From positions 48,577-112,576 of the forward strand of contig JAEYYH010000023.1 in NCBI GenBank assembly GCA_023430885.1: a stretch of DNA of 64,000 nt, in the 5' to 3' direction. Made by a program: the position numbers and the translations under genes. A model generated the notes under the pieces. It worked only from the letters and a program-made list of their open reading frames with translations, was not told where the DNA came from and made no database searches. Shown here piece after piece: positions 37,906 to 47,715 of the stretch. Every line of letters begins with the position of its first letter. Position 1 is the first letter of the stretch. This stretch comes from Bacillota bacterium. Lineage in GTDB: Bacteria; Bacillota_I; Bacilli_A; RF39; UBA660.

Positions 37906-39900
37906 ATGAATAAAAAAACATTAAAAAAGAGCTTTTTACCTTATGTTTTTCTGTTTCTAATAATTATAAGTATTGTTTACTTTATGGATATTTTAAATCA
38001 AAAAGTAAATATTCTTACTTACAATGAATTTATTGAAGCTGTAGATAAAGGTGAAGTTAAAGATGTTACTATAACACCAGAAAGTAATGCTGGTGTATAC
38101 CAATTAACAGGAACAATGAAAGATTATAAAGAAGAAGAAACTTTCTTTTTAAGAGTTCCTTACTCAAGTGAAACAATGGCAATAATTTATGGTGCTCAAA
38201 AGGAGCAAGGTTTTACATTAACAACAGAATCTGATCCAAATTCAAGCATGTTGTTAACATTTTTAGTCAATGTTTTACCAATGTTATTATTAATAGGTTT
38301 TGCATTCTATTTTATAACTAAACAAATGGGTGGCGCAAATAAGTCAATGGACTTTGGCCGCAGTAGAGCAAAATTAAATGATAATAAAAACAAAGTGACT
38401 TTTGATAAGGTTGCCGGTTTAGACGAAGAAAAAGAGGAAGTTAAGGAATTAATAGATTTCTTGAAAAATCCTAAAAAATTTACTGATATGGGTGCTAGAA
38501 TACCAAAAGGTGTATTGTTAGTAGGTCCTCCAGGAACAGGTAAAACATTACTTGCTAGATCAGTAGCAGGAGAAGCAAATGTACCTTTTTATTATATAAG
38601 TGGTTCTGAATTTGTTGAACTATTTGTAGGGGTTGGTGCATCTCGTGTTAGGGACATGTTTAAACAAGCTAAAGAAACAGCACCATGTCTTATCTTTATA
38701 GATGAAATTGATGCTGTAGGACGTCAAAGAGGAGCAGGTTTAGGTGGAGGCCATGACGAACGTGAACAAACACTAAACCAATTACTTACTGAGATGGATG
38801 GTTTTGGAGCTAATGAAGGAATAATAATAATTGCAGCAACAAACCGCCCGGATGTACTTGATCCCGCTCTTTTAAGACCGGGAAGATTTGACAGACAAAT
38901 TACAGTTAATTTACCTGATGTAAAGGGTAGAGAAGAAATTCTTAAAGTTCATGCTAAAGGTAAAACTTTTTCAAAACAAGTTAACCTTAAAAATATAGCT
39001 AAGAGAACAGTTGGATTAAGTGGAGCTGATTTAGAAAATCTATTAAATGAAGCAGCTTTGCTTGCAGTAAGAAGAAATAAAAAAAGCATTACGATGTCCG
39101 AAATAGATGAAGCTCATGACCGTGTACTGATGGGACCAGCTAAAATTTCCCACAAGTATACGGAAAAAGAAAAAAAGGTAGTTGCTTATCATGAAGCAGG
39201 ACATGCTGTTCTAGGTATTAAACTAGATGGTGCTAACGAGGTTCAAAAGATTACTATTGTTCCTCGTGGAGAAGCTGGTGGATATAATTTGATGCTTCCA
39301 AAGGAAGAGACTTACTTATCAACAAAAAGCGAATTATTAGAAACCATATCTGGTCTTCTTGGGGGCCGTGTAGCTGAGGAATTAACTTTTAATGAAATGA
39401 CTACAGGAGCTCACAATGACTTTGAAAAAGCAACAAAAATAGCTCGTGCTATGGTTACTGAATATGGTATGAGTGAACTTGGACCAGTTCAATTTGAACA
39501 CCAAGAATCAAGTGTATTCTTAGGCAGAGATTATAATAAGAGCCGTAACTTTTCAAGTCAAGTGGCTTTTGAAATCGATCAAGAAATGCGCAAGATAATA
39601 GATGAATGCTATAAAAAGACGACAAAAGTTTTAAAAGAAAATAAAGCATTATTAGATTTGATTGCCAAATCTTTATTAGACTATGAAACTCTTACAAAGG
39701 AACAAATTGAGTATTTAGTGAAAAACGGTTGTATGCCTGATGAAGACGGCGAGATTGATGCAAGCGATTTTGATGAACTTAGTTACAAAGATTTAACTTT
39801 AGAAGAATTAGTAGAAATTGCTAAAGAGAAAAAAATTAAAGGTGCATCTAAAATGACTAAAGAAGAAATAATAGATGCTCTAAGCAGAAAAGATGCATAA
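37906..39900 (+). CDS. ftsH: ATP-dependent zinc metalloprotease FtsH with C-terminal Rho_N/HeH-like tail
   Basis: 664 aa with two TM segments, Walker [12 protein letters not shown], the SRH region, and HEAGH zinc site. The last ~35 aa ([30 protein letters not shown]) form a helix-extended-helix-like motif. Confidence 0.96.
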   Translation: MNKKTLKKSFLPYVFLFLIIISIVYFMDILNQKVNILTYNEFIEAVDKGEVKDVTITPESNAGVYQLTGTMKDYKEEETFFLRVPYSSETMAIIYGAQKEQGFTLTTESDPNSSMLLTFLVNVLPMLLLIGFAFYFITKQMGGANKSMDFGRSRAKLNDNKNKVTFDKVAGLDEEKEEVKELIDFLKNPKKFTDMGARIPKGVLLVGPPGTGKTLLARSVAGEANVPFYYISGSEFVELFVGVGASRVRDMFKQAKETAPCLIFIDEIDAVGRQRGAGLGGGHDEREQTLNQLLTEMDGFGANEGIIIIAATNRPDVLDPALLRPGRFDRQITVNLPDVKGREEILKVHAKGKTFSKQVNLKNIAKRTVGLSGADLENLLNEAALLAVRRNKKSITMSEIDEAHDRVLMGPAKISHKYTEKEKKVVAYHEAGHAVLGIKLDGANEVQKITIVPRGEAGGYNLMLPKEETYLSTKSELLETISGLLGGRVAEELTFNEMTTGAHNDFEKATKIARAMVTEYGMSELGPVQFEHQESSVFLGRDYNKSRNFSSQVAFEIDQEMRKIIDECYKKTTKVLKENKALLDLIAKSLLDYETLTKEQIEYLVKNGCMPDEDGEIDASDFDELSYKDLTLEELVEIAKEKKIKGASKMTKEEIIDALSRKDA

Positions 39901-39914
39901 GCATCTTTTTCTTT
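39886..39914 (+). terminator. rho-independent terminator after ftsH
   Basis: aaaagatgc / gcatctttt stem (39888-39896 / 39901-39909) spanning the stop codon, followed by T-rich sequence. Confidence 0.7.
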
Positions 39915-39991
39915 GCCAAGATATATAGCATTTAGAATAAAAGTGTGTTAAAATATAATTGTATATATTGTATTAGAAAATGGTGAGATAG

Positions 39992-40777
39992 ATGGGCAAA
40001 GTAATAGCATTAGTTAATCAAAAAGGCGGTGTAGGTAAAACTACATCAAGTATTAATTTAGCTGCCTCATTGGGAGTATTAAAAAGAAAAGTATTACTTG
40101 TTGACTTGGACCCACAGGGGAATAGTACGACAGGTTTAGGTGTTGCTAAAGGCGAATGTGAAAATAGCATTTACGAATTAATGATAGATAAAGCTTCTTT
40201 AGAAAACACGATTATAAAAACTAAATTTAAGAATTTATATATATTACCTGCAACAATTAATTTAGCTGGTATTGATATTGAACTTGTGGAAAGAAGTAGA
40301 CAAGATTCAAAATTTAACAAGGGTGGACAACTAAAAAAATATTTGGATTTAGCTAAAGAAATATTTGATTATATTATAATTGATTGCCCTCCAAGTTTAG
40401 GTATTCTTACAACTAATGCATTAACTGCTGCTGATTCAGTAATTATTCCGGTTCAGTGTGAATTTTTTGCATTAGAGGGAATTGCACAATTAGTAAATAC
40501 AATACTTTTGGCGCAAAAAAATTTAAATCCTCATTTAGATATTGAAGGCGTTTTACTTACAATGTTAGATAGTCGTACTTGCTTAGGACTAGAAGTAGTA
40601 GAGGACATAAGAGGCTATTTTAAAGAAAGAGTATACGACACAATTATTCCTCGTTTGGTAAAATTGTCGGAGGCACCAAGTCATGGCAAGCCTATAATAT
40701 ATTACGCTTCTAATAATAGAGGTGCAGAGGCATACTTGAGTTTAGCAAAGGAAGTGATTGCAAGAAATGGAAAATAG
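39992..40777 (+). CDS. soj: chromosome partitioning ATPase ParA/Soj
   Basis: 261 aa with the deviant Walker A NQKGGVGKTT and DCPPSLG. Confidence 0.95.
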   Translation: MGKVIALVNQKGGVGKTTSSINLAASLGVLKRKVLLVDLDPQGNSTTGLGVAKGECENSIYELMIDKASLENTIIKTKFKNLYILPATINLAGIDIELVERSRQDSKFNKGGQLKKYLDLAKEIFDYIIIDCPPSLGILTTNALTAADSVIIPVQCEFFALEGIAQLVNTILLAQKNLNPHLDIEGVLLTMLDSRTCLGLEVVEDIRGYFKERVYDTIIPRLVKLSEAPSHGKPIIYYASNNRGAEAYLSLAKEVIARNGK

Positions 40778-41651
40778 AAAAAGAGCTTTAGGCAGAGGCT
40801 TAGAGGAATTATTCAATACAGAAACTCTAGATTTAGAAGGTATTGAAAAGAAAATCTATGAAACTGCTAGTAACGAAGAAATAGTAGAACTTTCACTTGA
40901 AGAATTAAGAGCAAATCCATATCAGCCACGAAAAAGATTTAATGATGAATCTTTGAAAGAACTAGCTGATTCAATTAAAAATCATGGAGTCTTTCAACCA
41001 ATAATTGTAAAAAAAAGTATTAAAGGTTACGAAATTATAGCTGGTGAGAGAAGATTTAGGGCATCTAAATTAGCTGGTAGAGATACTATTCCAGCCATAG
41101 TTAGAGCATTCACGGATGAACAAATGATGGAAATAGCTTTGCTAGAAAATTTACAAAGAGAAAATTTAAGCGCTATTGAAGAAGCAATTGCGTACAGAAC
41201 TATGTTAGAAAAATTAAATTTAACTCAAGATGAACTTTCAAAAAAAGTTGGGAAAAGCAGAAGCCATATTACTAACATAATTGGTCTTTTAAGATTACCA
41301 AAAGAAATTCAACAAATGATAGTTCAGGAAGAAATAACAATGGGACATGCCAGAGTTATAAGTAAATTGGAATCAGAAGATGAAATGATAAAATTAGCTC
41401 ATCAAATCATTGAACAAAAATTACCTGTGAGAGATGTTGAAATTATTTCGAATAATCCAGAAATGTTAAAAAAAGTTAAAATGGAGAGAAAAAATCGTAA
41501 TAATTATTCAGAATATAAATATGTAGAAGACATGCTTAGAGAGAAACTTGATACAAGAGTAAAAATAAAAGAAAAAAGGATAGAAATTAATTTTAGTAAT
41601 GTAAATGACTTAAACCGTATTCTTGAAATTTTAAATATTAAGGAGCAATAA
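40767..41651 (+). CDS. spo0J: chromosome partitioning protein ParB/Spo0J
   Basis: N-terminus MENRKRALGRGLEELF (the ORF-track start 40758 is also possible), NPYQPRKRF, the GERRFRAS CTP-binding box and an HTH. Overlaps the end of soj. Confidence 0.95.
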   Translation: MENRKRALGRGLEELFNTETLDLEGIEKKIYETASNEEIVELSLEELRANPYQPRKRFNDESLKELADSIKNHGVFQPIIVKKSIKGYEIIAGERRFRASKLAGRDTIPAIVRAFTDEQMMEIALLENLQRENLSAIEEAIAYRTMLEKLNLTQDELSKKVGKSRSHITNIIGLLRLPKEIQQMIVQEEITMGHARVISKLESEDEMIKLAHQIIEQKLPVRDVEIISNNPEMLKKVKMERKNRNNYSEYKYVEDMLREKLDTRVKIKEKRIEINFSNVNDLNRILEILNIKEQ

Positions 41652-41652
41652 T

Positions 41653-42444
41653 ATGATAGAAAAAATATTAGTAAAAGAAGTTGTCGCACCAGTAATAATT
41701 ATTATTGTTGCACTTATAATTTACGAAATAATTAAAAAAATAATTAAGAAAATATTTAAATTTAAAGCAAGAGGTATTGATAGCAAACGTCTAACAACAA
41801 TCCAATCTTTATTTACGAATGTTGTTAAAGTTTTTGTCATAGTAATAGCTATAATGATGATACTAGATGTCTATGGAATTGATACAAAGTCAATATTAGC
41901 ATCTTTAGGAGTATTTACAGCTGTACTTGCTTTAGCATTACAGGACATACTAAAGGATTTTGTAGCTGGTATTACTATAATGCTTGAAGGACAGTATCGA
42001 ATTGGTGATACAATTACAGTAAATTCATTTAAAGGAGAAGTAATATCACTTACTTTAAAGACAACTAGAGTAAAAGCTTACACAGGAGAAATTAAGATAT
42101 TTGCTAATAGAAGTATTAGTGAAGTAATTAATCATAATTTAGATAATTCTCTCGCTATAGTAGATGTTGGTGTGGCATATGAGTCAGACTTAGCAAAAGT
42201 AGAAAAAGTTTTAACTAAATTGTGTGAAAAATTATCAAGTGAATTAGAGAACCTAACTGGTCCAGTTGAATTATTAGGTGTAAATGATTTAGGAACTTCA
42301 TCAATAACATATAGAATAACTGCTGCTACAGTTTCAATGAAACAATATGAAATTCAAAGAAAAATGATGCGGGAAGTTAAATTAGAACTAGATAGAAATA
42401 AAATAGCTATTCCTTATAGTCAATTGGTGGTACATAATGGATAA
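41653..42444 (+). CDS. small-conductance mechanosensitive channel (MscS family)
   Basis: 263 aa with three TM segments followed by an MscS beta-domain pattern (GQYRIGDTITVNSFKGEVISLTLKTTRVKAYTGE). Confidence 0.85.
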   Translation: MIEKILVKEVVAPVIIIIVALIIYEIIKKIIKKIFKFKARGIDSKRLTTIQSLFTNVVKVFVIVIAIMMILDVYGIDTKSILASLGVFTAVLALALQDILKDFVAGITIMLEGQYRIGDTITVNSFKGEVISLTLKTTRVKAYTGEIKIFANRSISEVINHNLDNSLAIVDVGVAYESDLAKVEKVLTKLCEKLSSELENLTGPVELLGVNDLGTSSITYRITAATVSMKQYEIQRKMMREVKLELDRNKIAIPYSQLVVHNG

Positions 42445-42622
42445 GGAATATAAATTAGGAAGCATAGTAATGATGAAAAAAGCTCATCCATGTGGAAGCA
42501 ATGAATGGGAAATAATTCGAGTAGGAGCAGATATAAAAATAAAATGTATAGCTTGTGGTCGAAGTATTATGATGCCTAGAATTGAATTCAATAAAAAACT
42601 CAAAAAAATAATTAATTTTTAG
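42437..42622 (+). CDS. DUF951-family small protein (YyzM-like)
   Basis: 61 aa, MKKAHPCGSNEWEIIRVGADIKIKCIACGR, with the typical CxxxxxW..CxxC pattern. Position as in the Bacillus spo0J-proximal region. Confidence 0.8.
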   Translation: MDKEYKLGSIVMMKKAHPCGSNEWEIIRVGADIKIKCIACGRSIMMPRIEFNKKLKKIINF

Positions 42623-42631
42623 GAGGAAAGC

Positions 42632-44149
42632 ATGAAAAGAATTAAGAAAAAGAAAAAAATGCTTGGACCTGTTATAACTATAATACTATTAACGTTTATT
42701 ATTATTGTGACAAGTACTATTTTTTCTTTATTACAAATTGATGCTGAGCAAACAAGTATAGTTAAAAGTTCATTAGAAACTTCTGTAGTTACAGTAAACA
42801 ACATATTAACCAAAGATGGTATAAAATATATTCTTGGCAATATAATTACAAACTTACAGGTTTTTGAACCATTAGTTTTATTAATTATCTCTTTAATTAC
42901 TGTTAGTATTGGTGAAGCTAGTGGAATTTTCAAAGCTATATTTAGACCATTAAGCAAAATCAATCCTAAATTTTTAACATTTTTAGTTTTGTTAGTAGGA
43001 ATAGGTAGTTCATTTTTTGGCGAATATAGCTATATATTCTTGTTGCCAATAGTAGCAATTTTATATCAAATAATAGGTAGAAAACCACTACTTGGTATAT
43101 TAACAGTTTTTATAGGAATAACTGTTGGATATGGCACAGGTTTTGTATATAATAATGAAGAAATAATTTTGGGAGCATTAACTCAACAAGCAGCTACTTT
43201 AGATGTCGATAAAAACTTTGTATATGCATTAAATTCGAATTCTTATATAATGTTTGTAAGTACATTTCTATTAGCTTTTATTGGTATATTTATTATTCAT
43301 AATTTTTTAGATAAAAAGGTACCAAGGAGTACTGTTGCTGAAGAAGATGAAATAATAGTTTCTAAAAAGGCCTTATATTACACTAATCTGGCTTTAGTGA
43401 TGATGGGTATAATAATACTTTATATGATTATCCCAAACTTACCAGGATCTGGTGTATTACTTGGCGATGGCAAATCATATGTTGAACAGTTGCTAGGAGC
43501 ATCTTCACCATTTTATGAAGGATTTACTTTTATTTTATTAGGTATTACTATGATTTGCGGTTTTATATATGGATTTATATCTGGAAATATAAAAAATAGT
43601 ACAGAATATAGTGTAGGGTTATCAAAGAATTTTGAAAACCTAGGATATTTATTTGTTTTATTATTTTTTGTATCTCAAATGCTTGGTATTCTTGAATGGA
43701 CAAATTTAGGAAAGGTAATTGCGTGTCAATTAACAACATTAATTAGTTCATTGCCTTTTACAGGTTTACCATTATTGATAACATTTTTCTTTGCAGTTAT
43801 ATTAATGTCAATATTGATACCATCGGCTACTACAAAGTGGGGAATTATATCTCCATTAATGGTACCTTTGATGATGAGATCAAATATTGCACCAAACTTT
43901 ACGCAATTTGTGTTTAGAGTTGGAGATGGAATTGGAAAGAGTATTACGCCTTTTTTTGCTTATTACATGATTATGTTAGCATTTTTAGAAAAATATAATA
44001 CTAAGGAAAATTTAAAAATAACTGTTTTTGGAACTTTAAAGATTTTATTACCTACAATGTTGTTATTTGCAGGTTTGTGGTTATTAATATTAGTTGGATG
44101 GTATGTAATAGGGCTTCCTATTGGACCTGGTATACATCCAACATTATAA
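42632..44149 (+). CDS. AbgT/MtrF-family transporter
   Basis: 505 aa, polytopic. By eye it aligns with MtrF: FEPLVLLIISLITVSIGEASGIF vs FAPLGTVLVSLLGVGIAEKSGLI, GRKPLLGIL vs GRHPLAGLA, LTQQAA, and C-terminal GLPIGPG. Confidence 0.8.
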   Translation: MKRIKKKKKMLGPVITIILLTFIIIVTSTIFSLLQIDAEQTSIVKSSLETSVVTVNNILTKDGIKYILGNIITNLQVFEPLVLLIISLITVSIGEASGIFKAIFRPLSKINPKFLTFLVLLVGIGSSFFGEYSYIFLLPIVAILYQIIGRKPLLGILTVFIGITVGYGTGFVYNNEEIILGALTQQAATLDVDKNFVYALNSNSYIMFVSTFLLAFIGIFIIHNFLDKKVPRSTVAEEDEIIVSKKALYYTNLALVMMGIIILYMIIPNLPGSGVLLGDGKSYVEQLLGASSPFYEGFTFILLGITMICGFIYGFISGNIKNSTEYSVGLSKNFENLGYLFVLLFFVSQMLGILEWTNLGKVIACQLTTLISSLPFTGLPLLITFFFAVILMSILIPSATTKWGIISPLMVPLMMRSNIAPNFTQFVFRVGDGIGKSITPFFAYYMIMLAFLEKYNTKENLKITVFGTLKILLPTMLLFAGLWLLILVGWYVIGLPIGPGIHPTL

Positions 44150-44172
44150 AAGATGAGTTATCATCTTTTTTA
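44148..44172 (+). terminator. rho-independent terminator after the abgT-like gene
   Basis: agatga / tcatct stem (44151-44156 / 44161-44166), loop gtta, T-run. Confidence 0.75.
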
Positions 44173-44223
44173 TTTCCTAATAAAACTTTATATGCTATAA
44201 TATAAACGAAATGAGGAATGATT

Positions 44224-45324
44224 ATGAGTTTGACAGCAGGAATCGTTGGCTTACCAAATGTTGGGAAATCAACTTTGTTTAATGCCATTACTAAAAAAAA
44301 TATATTAGCAGCAAATTATCCGTTTGCAACTATTGATCCTAACGTGGGAGTGGTAACAGTGCCGGACAAACGTTTGGATTATTTAAATAGTTTATATATG
44401 CCAGCAAGTTTAGTGCCTACTGCTTATGAATTTACTGATATAGCAGGGCTTGTAAAAGGTGCCTCAAGTGGTGAAGGACTTGGAAATAAATTTTTATCTC
44501 ATATAAGAAATGTTGATGCAATAGTTGAAGTAGTGAGATGCTTTGATGATAAGAATATAATTCATGTTGAAAATAGTGTTGATCCTATTAGGGATATAGA
44601 TATTATAAATATTGAATTAATCTTAGCTGATTTAGAGGTAATAGAAAATAGAATAAGTAGAATTGGTAAAAAAGCTTCTATGTCAAAAGATAAAGAGACG
44701 ATAGAGGAAGTGGCTTTTTTAGATAAAGCAAAGAAAGCACTTGAGCAAAATTTGCCATTAAGAAGAATTTCTTTAGATGAAGATGAACTTAGAGTTGCTA
44801 GACCTTTTAACTTTCTTACACTAAAGCCTACGATATATATGGCTAACATAAGCGAAGAAGATTTAATAAATGATGGAAATAAATATGTTGATATGGTACG
44901 CGGCTATGCTTCTAGTGAAAATGCCACTGTGGTAACTGTGTGTGCAAAAATTGAATCTGAATTAAGTGAATTATCAGATGAAGACAAAAATGAATTTTTA
45001 AGTGATTTAGGAATAAAAGAAAGTGGCCTTGATAAATTAATTTATGCAACATATGATTTATTAGGCTTAGCAACATATTTTACTGCTGGTACAGATGAGT
45101 GTCGTGCTTGGACTTTTAAAAAAGGAATGAAAGCTCCAGCTTGTGCAGGAATAATTCATAGTGATTTTGAAAGAGGATTTATTAGAGCTGAAATAATGAG
45201 CTATGATGATCTTGAAAAAAACGGTAGTGAAAAAGGTGTAAGAGAAGCTGGTAGAATGCGTCTTGAAGGAAAAGAATACGAAATGCAAGATGGAGACATT
45301 TGTCACTTTAGGTTTAATGTATAA
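44224..45324 (+). CDS. ychF: redox-regulated ribosome-binding ATPase YchF
   Basis: The start MSLTAGIVGLPNVGKSTLFNA at ATG 44224 has SD gaggaa. C-terminal TGS-like HFRFNV. Confidence 0.95.
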   Translation: MSLTAGIVGLPNVGKSTLFNAITKKNILAANYPFATIDPNVGVVTVPDKRLDYLNSLYMPASLVPTAYEFTDIAGLVKGASSGEGLGNKFLSHIRNVDAIVEVVRCFDDKNIIHVENSVDPIRDIDIINIELILADLEVIENRISRIGKKASMSKDKETIEEVAFLDKAKKALEQNLPLRRISLDEDELRVARPFNFLTLKPTIYMANISEEDLINDGNKYVDMVRGYASSENATVVTVCAKIESELSELSDEDKNEFLSDLGIKESGLDKLIYATYDLLGLATYFTAGTDECRAWTFKKGMKAPACAGIIHSDFERGFIRAEIMSYDDLEKNGSEKGVREAGRMRLEGKEYEMQDGDICHFRFNV

Positions 45325-45330
45325 AAGTGT

Positions 45331-45358
45331 TTACAAATTTAATTAATTTTGTTATAAT
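45331..45358 (+). promoter_or_regulatory. candidate promoter of rpsF-ssb-rpsR
   Basis: TTACAA (45331-45336), a 16-nt spacer, then an extended -10 TGtTATAAT (45350-45358). Confidence 0.6.
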
Positions 45359-45364
45359 CTAAAG

Positions 45365-45423
45365 CGAGTATTAATTTACTCCTTGCTTCAGACGAAGCCG
45401 ATAGACCACAAGGAGGTGTAAAA
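45365..45423 (+). promoter_or_regulatory. structured rpsF 5' leader (S6:S18-binding leader type)
   Basis: Nested helices gagta/tactc, ccttg/caagg (sequestering the SD aaggagg) and gcttc-agac-gaagc, read directly. The architecture resembles the known Bacillota rpsF autoregulatory leader. Confidence 0.5.
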
Positions 45424-45714
45424 ATGAGAAAATATGAAATCATGTTTATTGTTAAACCAACATTAAGCGAAGATGAAATTAAGAAAGTTGCCAAAAATTT
45501 TGAAACTATCTTGACTTCTAACGACGCTACTGTTACTAACTTTAAAGATATGGGTCAAAAAGAACTTGCTTACGAAATCAAAGATTTTAAAAATGGTTAT
45601 TATTTCTTAATCAATTTAGAATCAAATGATGACAAAGCAATTAAAGAATTTGATCGTTTAGCTTTAATTAGTAATGATGTAGTACGTCACCTAATTACTA
45701 AACTAGAAGACTAA
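45424..45714 (+). CDS. rpsF: 30S ribosomal protein S6
   Basis: 96 aa, MRKYEIMFIVKP... Follows the rpsF-ssb-rpsR order. Confidence 0.96.
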   Translation: MRKYEIMFIVKPTLSEDEIKKVAKNFETILTSNDATVTNFKDMGQKELAYEIKDFKNGYYFLINLESNDDKAIKEFDRLALISNDVVRHLITKLED

Positions 45715-45726
45715 TAGAGGTGCATA

Positions 45727-46203
45727 ATGAATAGAGTATGTTTAATTGGTAGATTAACTGCCAAACCTGAACTTCGTACAACAAGTAATAATTTAGCAAA
45801 TACTAGATTTACTTTAGCTGTTAATAGAAATTTTAGCAATGCTCAAGGTGAAAGAGAAGCTGACTTTATTACTGTAGTTGCTTGGAGAAAACAAGCTGAG
45901 AATATTTGTCAATATTTAGACAAAGGTAGTTTAGTTTCAGTAGAAGGAAGAATACAAACAGGAAGTTTCGATGATAAAGATGGTAACAAAAGATATACTA
46001 CGGAAGTAATAGCTGATCAAGTTAACTTCTTAGAGAGTAAGAATCAACGTACTGCATCTTCATCAAATAACAATCAATCAGCTGGACCTAGTCCATATGA
46101 TTACCAAACATCTAATGCTCCAAAAAATAATGTTAATGTGGACAATGATCCATTTGCAGATTTTGGAGATAGTGTTTCAATTGATGATAACTTCCTAGAT
46201 TAA
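45727..46203 (+). CDS. ssb: single-stranded DNA-binding protein
   Basis: 158 aa with an OB fold (MNRVCLIGRLTAKPELR..), a Gln/Asn/Ser-rich linker and an acidic C-terminus ..SIDDNFLD. Confidence 0.95.
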   Translation: MNRVCLIGRLTAKPELRTTSNNLANTRFTLAVNRNFSNAQGEREADFITVVAWRKQAENICQYLDKGSLVSVEGRIQTGSFDDKDGNKRYTTEVIADQVNFLESKNQRTASSSNNNQSAGPSPYDYQTSNAPKNNVNVDNDPFADFGDSVSIDDNFLD

Positions 46204-46218
46204 TAAGGAGGAAATAAA

Positions 46219-46437
46219 ATGGCAGAATTTTATAGAAAAAAGAAAAAAATATGTCAAATGTGTGCAGGAAAATCTGTAGACTATAAAGATGTAGAAGTAA
46301 TGAAGAAATATATTAGTGCTGATAAAGGTAAAATATTACCAAGAAGAATCACTGGTGCATGTTCTAAACATCAAAGACATATTGCAAATGAAGTTAAGAA
46401 AGCTCGTTTCATAGCTTTAATTCCATTTGTTAAATAA
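46219..46437 (+). CDS. rpsR: 30S ribosomal protein S18
   Basis: 72 aa with ..[24 protein letters not shown]... Confidence 0.96.
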   Translation: MAEFYRKKKKICQMCAGKSVDYKDVEVMKKYISADKGKILPRRITGACSKHQRHIANEVKKARFIALIPFVK

Positions 46438-46454
46438 TAAATAATAATAAAAAC

Positions 46455-46482
46455 AAAAATAACCTTTCGGTTATTTTTTTTT
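46455..46482. terminator. bidirectional terminator between convergent rpsR and gpsA
   Basis: ataacc / ggttat stem (46459-46464 / 46469-46474), loop tttc, with an A-run upstream and a T-run downstream. Confidence 0.7.
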
Positions 46483-47448
46483 GATTAAAAATTCTTTAAT
46501 TTCATTTGGATCCTTATCATAGAAGACAATATCATGTATTAAATCAATAATTGGAATGTCTACTTTTTTATTTTTTATTAATTTATGAATAGACTTTAGT
46601 GTGTACAATCCTTCAATAGTGGTATTATTCATGTATTCTTCAATTTTATCTTTACTAGTACCACTGCCTAACATTTTTCCGAAAGAAAAATTACGACTCT
46701 TTGTACTTGTACATGTTAATAGTAAATCTCCAAATCCTGCATATGATAAGATTGTTTTACCGTCACCACCCAAAGCCTTTATTAATTCTTTAATGTCGTG
46801 TAATGATTCGGTAATTAACATTGCTTGTGTAGATTCGGGTAATCCCATTCCATCTATTATTCCAGCAGCAATTGCTATTACATTCTTAATAGAGCCACAT
46901 ATTTCAGTACCTATAAGATCATTTGTGTCTCTCAACCTCAGCGTTTTATTTTCAAGACCATTATGTAGTAATTCAGCTGTTACCTTATTTTTTGTGGCAA
47001 GTGTTAAACCAATTGGAACGAAATGGGCTATATCAATTGCAAAAGAAGGGCCTGATATAGCTGCCAAGTTTTTGGTTTTGATATATTTCTCAACAACGTC
47101 ATTTATAAAAAGACAAGTATCTTGTTCAATTCCTTTCGTAGCTATACAAATATGTTGTTCCTTTTTTATATAAATTGATAGTTCTCTTGATACATCATCA
47201 ACAAATCCTGCAGGAACTGCAATAACTATAAGCTCGCTTTTATCAATACTTTCTTTTAAATCACTAGATATTTTAATATTTTTTGGAATTGTAATATTGG
47301 GCAATACTTTTTCATTAACTCTAGTTTTTCTTAATTTTTCGGCGCTTTCTTCAAATTTTTCCCATAAGGTAATATCACAGTTATTTTCATTAAACATTAG
47401 AGAAAGAGCAATCCCATATGCTCCCGCTCCTAAAATTGTTACTTTCAT
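46471..47448 (-). CDS. gpsA: NAD(P)H-dependent glycerol-3-phosphate dehydrogenase
   Basis: 325 aa with Rossmann motif KVTILGAGAYGIAL, and the conserved KG(I/L)E and GPS motifs. Confidence 0.93.
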   Translation of the reverse strand: MKVTILGAGAYGIALSLMFNENNCDITLWEKFEESAEKLRKTRVNEKVLPNITIPKNIKISSDLKESIDKSELIVIAVPAGFVDDVSRELSIYIKKEQHICIATKGIEQDTCLFINDVVEKYIKTKNLAAISGPSFAIDIAHFVPIGLTLATKNKVTAELLHNGLENKTLRLRDTNDLIGTEICGSIKNVIAIAAGIIDGMGLPESTQAMLITESLHDIKELIKALGGDGKTILSYAGFGDLLLTCTSTKSRNFSFGKMLGSGTSKDKIEEYMNNTTIEGLYTLKSIHKLIKNKKVDIPIIDLIHDIVFYDKDPNEIKEFLIKKK

Positions 47449-47552
47449 ATACTCCTCTTTTCTATTTTGTACATTATAATTTTATCATATTTTTATTTAA
47501 AACAAAACTCCGACATGAATTTTAAAAAAACGAAAGATTTTTAAAAAAAGTG

Positions 47553-47581
47553 TTGATTTTTTATTGGTTTTCTAGTATACT
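47553..47581 (+). promoter_or_regulatory. candidate promoter of the S10 ribosomal protein operon
   Basis: TTGATT (47553-47558), a 17-nt spacer, then TATACT (47576-47581). A relatively GC-rich leader of ~130 nt follows. Confidence 0.55.
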
Positions 47582-47715
47582 TTTGTATGTGTGGCACGCG
47601 TAGATGTGTAAGGTTGCCGATACGCCAGGTTAAGTTGTAAGATGATTTAACCAAGAATCGGGTTTTTACATGGAGCGAGTCTATACCTGGATATAGGCGA
47701 AAGGAGGATACCATT

